Assembly: GCF_964204645.1 (NCBI RefSeq)
Contig: NC_134035.1
Coordinates: 5,580,001 to 5,644,000, forward strand
DNA from: Tubulanus polymorphus
Lineage: Eukaryota; Animalia; Nemertea
Direction of reading: 5' to 3'
DNA: 64,000 bases
Shown here: positions 53,730 to 64,000 of the stretch, in pieces
Numbering within the stretch: the first letter of the stretch is position 1
Layout of the letters: each line of letters starts with the position of its first letter
The notes under the pieces: model-generated
Databases searched by the model: none
The model's input: only the letters and a program-made list of their open reading frames with translations
What the model was told of the DNA's origin: nothing
Program-made: the position numbers and the translations under genes

Positions 53730-55235
53730 TCGGTAGTTTTTTTATTAATGGTTACCCGTCGCCCAACTTAAGAGGCGACTAATATCAGGATTTTTAGCAT
53801 CACCGACGACGCTGATCGCGTTTGCCTTATACGATGGCAACGAATCGGTGTTCGTTCGTTACCCCGATAGCGTTTATAGCCGGCCGACAATCAGACGTTG
53901 ATGTCAACTTTTCACGGCTTCCTGGTTTTATTTGACGTTTTACCCGTCCCGAGTGTCGCCGGATGTTTCCCGTTTCCAGACATTAATAGCCCGGAAGATA
54001 GATAGGGTTAGGATAGGTGAGATCCAGCGGTAAATTGCAACCGCTATACCTGCGTAGTATGAAACCTCTATTCGTCCTTGCCATCGCATAATAACTCATT
54101 ATATAGGGTTAGATGTATTATTACACCCAAGCAGTAATTGTCGAAGCTTCATGAGCTAATACTCGCGGCAGTACGCGCGCAATTTCGGCACCTGCACCTG
54201 ATATTTCCAAACTGAAACACAACGGGACAGATATAGTACTTTGTAGGTTAACAGTGACCTTAAGTGACCTAGTTTTTCGGCAGAGTGACCTTGGAATTTT
54301 CTACCCAAGAATTTCTGTTTAGAAAATGGTGAAATTGCGAACCTATATCTCATTTCATTCAGTGTACGAAAACGTCGTATTTATGATCTATGATTCTTGA
54401 GTAATAAATTCAATTTCAACAAAACTTTTAAATTTGTATCAATTGGGTTATAGGCTTAAAATCTACTCTGTGGCTTTTCTCCTAGTTGAGTTGTGTAACG
54501 CCAAACTATATGAGCGCAGTAGTAGCGAAAGCTACTCGGCGAAAAGGCATTTACCAAAAGTCTGTTTCGTCGTCGCTTCATACGGTGGGTTAACTCCCCG
54601 ATGGTACGCGGAGCCGTATCATTTGTCACTTAATGTTCGCATGCGCTATGAGCACCGGGAATAATTCGTCACCAGATACAATCAGCAGTTATTAGGGATC
54701 TAGACGAAACTGTCGTATATATTGACAAATATCTTCTACACTGACGAGAAATAAAGTTAGCCGACAGACAGTCAAAAGCAGCCTATAATGGCACGAGGCT
54801 CAGTCGCCGTATTAATTGCCTGCTTCTTGGCTTCTTGGAACTGACCGCCTCCGTCTTATCGAAATGGCTTTTATGTTTATGGGTTATTATTATTATTCAG
54901 CGACAATTTCTATAATGGTATCTCGGGGTTGGGTGAATATAAACTATATATAATAACGGGGAACTTATAGGCGAATCAGGGATTTAGTTGGTTTGATCGG
55001 CATTGTCTCTGCCATGAAGCGGAGCCTGGTTAAACTTCCTGAGCAAAATAACCGATTTTCCAAACAAATAATCGCATACGTCAAAAAAGTATGAAATTGA
55101 GTCGAAAATTACAAAGCGAATCAGAACACTGCTGATGAAACTGTTGCACTGAATCCAGTTCCAGTGAAAAGCTAGAGTTAAATAAGTTTATTTTCGGTGA
55201 GTTTACTTCAAAGATCAAATTACATTCAGAATTGT

Positions 55236-55558
55236 GAGCCGAGTCCTGAACTGTGGAGCTGAGTCCTGAACTGTGGAACTGGATTCTGAACTGTGGAACT
55301 GGATTCTGAACTGTGGAACTGGGTCCTGAACTGTGGAGCCGAGTCCTGAACTGTGGAATTGGGTTCTGAACTGTGGAACTGGGCTCTGAACTGTGGAACT
55401 GGATTCTGAACTGTGGAACTGGATTCTGAACTGTGGAACTGGGTCCTGAACTGTAGTGCTGGCTCCTGAACTGGGGAGCTGAGTCTTGTACTGTGGAACT
55501 GGGTCCTGAACTGTAGAACTGAGTATACTGAACCGTTGTGGAGCTGGGTCCTGAACTG
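55236..55558. repeat. 20-bp tandem repeat derived from the MITE terminus
   Basis: Unit CTGAACTGTGGAACTGGATT/GGTC contains the actgtggaactgg end of the abundant MITE. Confidence 0.9.
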
Positions 55559-58500
55559 TTGCGGAGCTCGATGTATCTGTTATCAATCCATTTACACCGC
55601 AAAAAAGTGTTTATTTTTTCGAAAGAATAACAAACATCGTCGTAACAAGTCAAATAACAGCGCGAATAGGTATGAAGCCATTTAACGCGTTATGTATAAC
55701 TCCGTTTGATTGTTATTTTCATATTCCCAGGCGAAAGTTCGGTGTAAGAGAGCTTTCACCGTCCTAATCGCGGGATCAACGCCATGAGCAATGCCCGAGA
55801 GGGCTTCGCGCAAAAATACGACTGCTAATTTTCATCACGTCACCAAAGGTAACCATAGAAACACGAAGCGCTTCTCAGACCGACGTACTGTCTCCTCGGG
55901 AGTGATTCCTGTATTCTGAGATCCGAAATAAAGGAAATTAGAATGAAATAATGAGCACACTATACCGTTTAAGAAGTCACGACATTGTTTGCCTCTAGAC
56001 CAGTTAGTAGGATAGTCGAATTCACCATTTTGTCGTCGCGTTACTGAAGTCGCAATTTATGTATTACAGATTAAATTTACTTAAGCGTCAGTCGTCATTA
56101 GGATACGTCGTCATTTAACTCTGGACTCAGTTCCACATGTGCCACAACTCAGAGTCTAATCTTAACTTGGAACTGTGGAACTGGATCCTGAGGTAGCAAT
56201 TTATGTATTTCCAATTCAATTCACTAAGCGCAAGTCGTCTAGGATATGTCGTCATCATTAGTGAAGTAGTCTGGATTCTGGATAACTTGGAACTGCTGAA
56301 TCCTGAGTAGCAATTTATACATTTCCAATTCGATTTACTATACTGATACTGAAGTCGTCTGGACTCAGTGCCACAGTGCCACAACTCGGAGTCTAATCTC
56401 AACTCGGAACTGTAGAACTTGATCCTGAGTCCGGCTTTATGTATTTTCAATCTCCTAAGCGTCAGTCGTCATTGCATTAGAATAAGTCGTCATATATTAC
56501 CGAAGTCGTTTCTCTATTTTTCATTTTTAGTCTCAATTTGCATTTCCAATCAGCTTTTCACTAGGTTTTCAAAGTCGTAGAAAATCATCCCAGTCCCAAA
56601 AAACACCCGACACGGTTTATTCTCATCTTTCATTTAGAAAGGTACACACACACACACACACACCCTAACACATCCATCAGATCCACCCACGCATAAGCTC
56701 TGACGTGTACACCACGTCTCGTCGCATCGGGCGAAAAAAAAGATCTGCTGTCGATCTCGCATTCGGCTGTTAGGATAATCGGCGCACGCATTTGTGATTG
56801 AATATTCGCGTCATGATGTAAAAAGAGCTTCGTCGCGGAAAAGAAGAGAAATCAACTGGTATTTATCAATGGAGACGATTACGGCTTGATGCGGTAGTCA
56901 TCCCTAAAACCGCTATTGAAATAAGCTCGCTGGGGGGGGGGGCTCCGTGCTCTCTCTCTCTTCCGACGCCGCTTGGCATTTCTGCGCGCAATTCTTTTTT
57001 CCGCCCGACTGCGTTTGACAGCGTAGCCAATCAGTGTCTCGCGTTTCTACAAATTAGGCTATCAACCACAAGTCTCCACACGGCGAACATATACCATCCA
57101 CGGATGGGTTTGATCATATTTCGGTATTATTAGCGCAAGCACAAACCACCTTCAGCGTATATCGCGTATTTATGTCTTTGACATATATCAGCTGAACCGG
57201 TCAAATCGAGTCTCGGGAGAATACGCTAAAGTGACGTAGGCATTTGAGAATGAATATATTCGAGCGACTTTCTAGGGACAAAAAATTCAACGATGCGCAC
57301 CCAGCGGGTACCCAAAAAATGGCGCCTGAAAACTGTAAAAATGCTTATGGCTTCGCACCACCGAAATTGTTGAAAAGGTCTACACTAATGGAATCCTTTT
57401 TAGGCCAGATTTCGGTGAGATTTCGAAGAAATCATATTATCTTGATTATAGAATAAATGTTCAATCGACAATATCTCCCCCTTCGTTCGATTCCTGGACC
57501 CAGATCCACAGTTTTGAGTTAGGGTTAACTCTTAGTTCATTTTCAATTAGTTACCTCAGAGTTAAATCTTAACTCGGAACTGTGGAACTGGACCCAGGCC
57601 TATTAAAGGCCTACGGCCTTTTTGATAAGTCTATATATCGAAACTCTAAAATGTAGTAAGCAATAAAGGGTCAAATGCGCGGTTGTTTAAAAAGCGAACT
57701 GCCCACACGAATTAAAACTGATCCGTACTGTACAAATTTGTAATTTAGTATCAGTGTCAAAACATATTCTGAAAGTTCAACTTAAGAAAAGCGAAAAGCT
57801 TGGAAACCGAGTTAAGAGACAATAAGAGGATCCGTACGACATCTTACAGCATCTTATAACAACTTATATAGGTTTTTGTTATAAAAACAAAAACCCAAGT
57901 CCAATGCTCCAAAATATTTCCAATGAAAAGCATCCTCAATAGATCCAGAAAAGCGTTCTAAGAAAATGAACGTAGACACGACTGCAGCAGTCGCGGTACC
58001 AATAACTAGAATCGCATCCATCCGCGCTGCCAACGGTTTGAGTGACGTTTCGTCGTTACACGTCAGCGTCGCTATACCGAAAATCTCCGGCGCATCAGAT
58101 CAGATATCCGTAAGGTCAAACGGTGACAAGTAGCGCGATGCAGGCTGAGACGCGAGCTTGATTAGAACGGCTTTAGTCGGCGTCCGGGGTTTACGCAAGA
58201 CTGATGCCGTTCGCATCGATCGCGCTGCCGGCAGTTTGTGGCCTCCTGATTGACAGTCGCTGGCAACCCGGGGATGAGTTCATCACTCACTCAAACTTCA
58301 ACATGCAAATATTTATGAATTCGAACACCGACCGAACAAAATTAACTGTCAGTGTATTATTATCGGTATACGCGGAAGAAATCGTCGGCAGTCAATTCAA
58401 ACGATCAATATCCGTATATAACACACAGATTCATTCCTAAGTTATTTATATAACGCCACCGTCAGGAACGATACAAAAATATGGCGTTATAACGAATTTG

Positions 58501-59800
58501 GCAGTGTTATGGATAATGATAACTTTCATCGATTTTGGATTTAATTGAGCAAATTCATGAACTAAAAAAATGTCGGCGTTTAAGAGAGGGCAGTGCCGGA
58601 ATTGATGAGGATGGCAGCATTTTAATGGACTTTGTATATCAAAATTTTTTTAATGATGTACTTAATATTCCAATATACATAAATTTGATATCTAAATTTA
58701 AGCACAATCGGTAAATTGCTCAAACCTTATAATCCAGTTTACTGGTTCTGGTTCCATAGCCGAAATGTAAGTCCAATAGTGAACTTAAGTCTTAGATTGG
58801 TTATAGAACAAAAATGGTGTTTGGCCGGTCTTAAGCCACGACTTAGCCGAAATGTAAGTCCAATAGTGAACTTAAGTCTTAGATTGGTTATTGAACAAAA
58901 ATGGTGTTTGGCCGGTCTTAAGCCACGACTATACGGAACCGGCTCATAATAGTTTTTCATCAGTAGAGATTTGTTTTGAAGAGGGGTAAGCGCGTTATCG
59001 CGTAAACATTGCTAGTTCGCCATTATTCCTCGATTCCGCGATACCCAGTCACCAACCGATCAATCAAACGACAAAAATCGATAGTAAAAATGAAATCGGC
59101 AAAAAATTCGAGATTCCCAACGATGATAAACCGACGACGAGTTGAATGGATAAATATCGGGGAATTTCTAAATCATCTTAGCAGTCATAAAGCAGTGGTA
59201 CGGATTTAAGAGATCACTGCGCGGTAACCCCACGTATAGGTTAATGACGCGCGCCTATGTAACCGGTTAATTCATAAAATGCTAAGTCGTTAAGTCTTTT
59301 ATCTTTCCGAACGGTTGCCGACGTGACAAATGGCTACAGGGTGGAACCTGCCAAGGACATACGTATAATGACGAGCTAATACACAACTGAGTCAATCGAT
59401 CAGACGGCAATCACGTTATAACGCGTGTTCACAATGTATACGCGTAGTTTTGATGCTGTAGATTTCAATTATCTGGCCTTCGAGCAGGAAACAACTGAAG
59501 TTGGTTTCGTGCTTGAAGTAAAATTGATGACAAGGCCGGAACAAGTTTAAAGTTAGAAGAAAATGCCATAATATAAAACAAAAGGTAAAAAGCGTATAAG
59601 TATAATGCGTATAAGCGTAATAAAGCAAGCGTAAAGCAAAACTATGAGAATAGTTTTTGACGTTAAGACTCAGTGTGGCCGGTTCAATGGTCATGGCTTA
59701 GACTTAAGACTAGTCTAAGACCATCTTAGTTATAATATAGCCAAACTAACAACATAAGACAAGTCTTAAGATTTAAGACCATTTTGCGACTTAAGTCTCG

Positions 59801-62800
59801 ACTTCAATTCTCCATTTAAATGCTTCAATTTCTCCATTTAAATGCTTCAACTTCTCCAAAAATGCTTCAATTTCTCCATTTAAATGCTTCAACTTCTCCA
59901 TTTAAATGCTTCAACTTCTCCATTTAAATGCTTCAACTTCACCTAAATGCTTCAACTTCTCCATCTAAATGCTTTAACTTCTCCATTTAAATGCTTCAAC
60001 TTCTCCATCTAAATGCGTCAACTTCTCCATTTAAATGCTTCAACTTCTCCATTTAAATGCTTCAACTTCTCCATCTCAATGCTTCAACTTCTCCATCTAA
60101 ATGCTTCAACTTCTCCATCTAAATGCTTTAACTTCTCCATTTAAATGCTTCAACTTCTCCATCTAAATGCTTTAACTTCTCCATTTAAATGCTTCAACTT
60201 CTCCATCTAAATGCTTTAACTTCTCCATCTAAATGCTTCAACTTCTCCATTTAAATGCTTCAACTTCTCCATCTAAATGCGTCAACTTCTCCATTTAAAT
60301 GCTTCAACTTCTCCATTTGAATGCTTCAACTTCTCCATCTAAATGCTTCAACTTCTCCATCTAAATGCTTTAACTTCTCCATTTAAATGCTTCAACTTCT
60401 CCATCTAAATGCTTTAACTTCTCCATTTAAATGCTTCAACTTCTCCATCTAAATGCTTTAACTTCTCCATTTAAATGCTCCAACTTCTCCATTTAAATGC
60501 TTTAACTTCTCCATTTAAATGCTTCAACTTCTCCATTTAAATGCTTCAACTTCTCCATCTAAATGCTTTAACTTCTCCATCTAAATGCTTCAACTTCTCC
60601 ATTTAAATGCTTCAACTTCTCCATCTAAATGCTTCAACTTCTCCATCTAAATGCTTTTACTTCTCCATTTAAATGCTTCAACTTCTCCATCTAAATGCTT
60701 TAACTTCTCCATCTAAATGCTTCAACTTCTCCATTTAAATGCTTCAACTTCTCCATCTAAATGCTTCAACTTCTCCATTTAAATGCTTTAACTTCTCCAT
60801 TTAACTGCTTCAACTTCTCCATCTAAATGCTTTAACTTCTCCATTTTAATGCTTCAACTTCTCCATTTAAATGCTTCAACTTCTCCATCTAAATGCTTCA
60901 ACTTCTCCATTTAAATGCTTCAACTTCTCCATCTAAATGCTTTAACTTCTCCATTTAAATGCTCCAACTTCTCCATTTAAATGCTTTAACTTCTCCATTT
61001 AAATGCTTCAACTTCTCCATTTAAATGCTTCAACTTCTCCATCTAAATGCTTTAACTTCTCCATTTAAATGCTTCAACTTCTCCAACTAAATGCTTCAAC
61101 TTCGCCATTCAAATGCTTCAACTTCTCCATTTAAATGCTTCAACTTCTCCATTTAAATGCTTCAACTTCTCCATCTCAATGCTTCAACTTCTCCATCTAA
61201 ATGCTTTAACTTCTCCATTTAAATGCTTCAACTTCTCCATCTAAATGCTTTAACTTCTCCATCTAAATGCTTCAACTTCTCCATTTAAATGCTTCAACTT
61301 CTCCATCTAAATGCTTTAACTTCTCCATCTAAATGCTTCAACTTCTCCATTTAAATGCTTCAACTTCTCCATCTAAATGCGTCAACTTCTCCATTTAAAT
61401 GCTTCAACTTCTCCATCTAAATGCTTTAACTTCTCCATTTAAATGCTTCAACTTCTCCATCTAAATGCTTTAACTTCTCCATCTAAATGCTTCAACTTCT
61501 CCATTCAAATGCTTATACTTCTCCATCTAAATGCTTTAACTTCTCCATTTAAATGCTTCAACTTCTCCATCTAAATGCTTCAACTTCTCCATCTAAATGC
61601 TTTTACTTCTCCATTTAAATGCTTCAACTTCTCCATCTAAATGCTTTAACTTCTCCATCTAAATGCTTCAACTTCTCCATTCAAATGCTTATACTTCTCC
61701 ATCTAAATGCTTTAACTTCTCCATTTAAATGCTTCAACTTCTCCATTTAAATGCTTCAACTTCTCCATCTAAATGCTTCAACTTCTCCATCTAAATGCTT
61801 TTACTTCTCCATTTAAATGCTTCAACTTCTCCATCTAAATGCTTTAACTTCTCCATCTAAATGCTTCAACTTCTCCATTTAAATGCTTCAACTTCTCCAT
61901 CTAAATGCTTCAACTTCTCCATTTAAATGCTTTAACTTCTCCATTTAACTGCTTCAACTTCTCCATCTAAATGCTTTAACTTCTCCATTTAAATGCTTCA
62001 ACTTCTCCATTTAAATGCTTCAACTTCTCCATCTAAATGCTTCAACTTCTCCATCTAAATGCTTTAACTTCTCCATTTAAATGCTTCAACTTCTCCATCT
62101 AAATGCGTCAACTTCTCCATTTGAATGCTTCAACTTCTCCATCTAAATGCGTCAACTTCTCCATCTAAATGCTTCAACTTCTCCATCTAAATGCTTTAAC
62201 TTCTCCATTTAAATGCTTCAACTTCTCCATCTAAATGCGTCAACTTCTCCATTTAAATGCTTCAACTTCTCCATTTAACTGCTTCAACTTCTCCATCTAA
62301 ATGCTTCAACTTCTCCATCTAAATGCTTTAACTTCTCCATTTAAATGCTTCAACTTCTCCATCTAAATGCTTTAACTTCTCCATTTAAATTCTTCAACTT
62401 CTCCATCTAAATGCTTTAACTTCTCCATCTAAATGCTTCAACTTCTCCATTTAAATGCTTCAACTTCTCCATCTAAATGCGTCAACTTCTCCATTTAAAT
62501 GCTTCAACTTCTCCATTTAAATGCTTCAACTTCTCCATCTAAATGCTTCAACTTCTCCATCTAAATGCTTTAACTTCTCCATTTAAATGCTTCAACTTCT
62601 CCATCTAAATGCTTTAACTTCTCCATTTAAATGCTTCAACTTCTCCATCTAAATGCTTTAACTTCTCCATTTAAATGCTCCAACTTCTCCATTTAAATGC
62701 TTTAACTTCTCCATTTAAATGCTTCAACTTCTCCATTTAAATGCTTCAACTTCTCCATCTAAATGCTTTAACTTCTCCATTTAAATGCTTCAACTTCTCC

Positions 62801-63452
62801 AACTAAATGCTTCAACTTCGCCATTCAAATGCTTCAACTTCTCCATTTAAATGCTTCAACTTCTCCATTCAAATGCTTCAACTTCTCCATCTAAATGCTT
62901 AAACTTCTCTATTTAAATGCTTCAACTTCTCCATCTAAATGCTTTAACTTCTCCATTTAAATGCTTCAACTTCTCCATCTAAATGCTTAAACTTCTCTAT
63001 TTAAATGCTTCAACTTCTCCATCTAAATGCTTTAACTTCTCCAATTAAATGCTTCAACTTCTCCATCTAAATGCTTTAACTTCTATATTTAAATGCTTCA
63101 ACTTCTCCATCTAAATGCTTTAACTTCTCCATTTAAATGCTTTAACTTCTCCATCTAAATGCTTAAACTTCTCTATTTAAATGCTTCAACTTCTCCATCT
63201 AAATGCTTTAACTTCTCCATTTAAATGCTTCAACTTCTCCAACTAAATGCTTCAACTTCTCCATCTAAATGCTTCAACTTCTCCAATTAAATGCTTCAAC
63301 TTCTCCATTCAAATGCTTCAATTTCTCCATCTAAATGCTTCAACTTCTCCAATTAAATGCTTCAACTTCTCCAATTAAATGCTTTAACTTCTCAAATTAA
63401 ATGCTTCAATTTGTCCATTTAAATCCTTCAACTTCTCCATTTAAAATGCTTC
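59801..63452. repeat. 22-bp satellite array (~165 copies)
   Basis: Unit AAATGCTT(C/T)AACTTCTCCAT(T/C)T with period 22. Confidence 0.99.
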
Positions 63453-64000
63453 CACTTATAACATTATAATGATCGGGTATTGTTCTATCCAAATCCACTA
63501 CGATTTCTCTGGATTTTCAAGTTTCAATAAGTATAAAACCTTAAAGATCAGGTGTAGCCTATTCATAGAAATTCTTATCATGAAGATCTCGGTCGATAGA
63601 TAACTAACTCACCCATATACCAGTAATAAATATTAATTATGACACGATACGTATAATACTGCCATTCTTCCCATGTTGTATCAAAATCCGTAAAAATATC
63701 AGTTAGAATCTATACACAACGCGTTCAATTACTAGCATTATATACCCGCGCTAAATCACTACCAACTCACAAAATTGGCAGAACTTTCAAATTGAATCAA
63801 ACCTTCAATTAAACCTTCACATATGACTGTAATTATAACCGTTGCTCTGTCCATGGTTAAATAGACAAACTTTGAGAGGACGTTGAACAGTTATCAGGCC
63901 CGTGCCGAGCGGGGGTTCGTTGGTAGCGAACGAACCCCCTCAAAGCCAGTGTAAAAAGATTTGGGTAAAGATTTTGCGAAATTTGGATACATTTTTCTCG

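Noticed and set aside
55081-55653. 190-aa and 123-aa repetitive ORFs
   Set aside because: Translations of the 20-bp tandem repeat.

Overview
Eukaryotic (invertebrate, probably lophotrochozoan; taxon is an inference from peptide content) genomic DNA that is gene-poor and repeat-rich. Three protein-coding loci are supported, all on the + strand. (1) A large terminal exon (15102-16543) encodes an FMRFamide-family neuropeptide precursor with 26 RFG motifs (YIRF, YMRF, YTRF, YLRF, YVRF, NDFLRF) and no FMRF itself; its signal-peptide exon was not found. (2, 3) Two tandem four-exon paralogues (21153-23444 and 24718-28224), essentially invisible in the ORF track, encode signal peptide + 10-Cys Ly6/uPAR (three-finger) domain + GPI-like tail. 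The rest is MITEs, tRNA-derived SINEs, LINE fragments and micro/minisatellites, including a 3.6-kb 22-bp satellite. The most unusual non-genic items are a 1.17-kb mini Polinton/Maverick-like element with hairpin-within-TIR ends and a decayed virus-type zinc-finger ORF (52556-53729), a dispersed family of minimal hammerhead-ribozyme (Penelope-type) motifs in inverted-repeat context, and a 49-bp satellite (2.2-3.3 kb) whose unit appears to be a decayed copy of that hammerhead motif.
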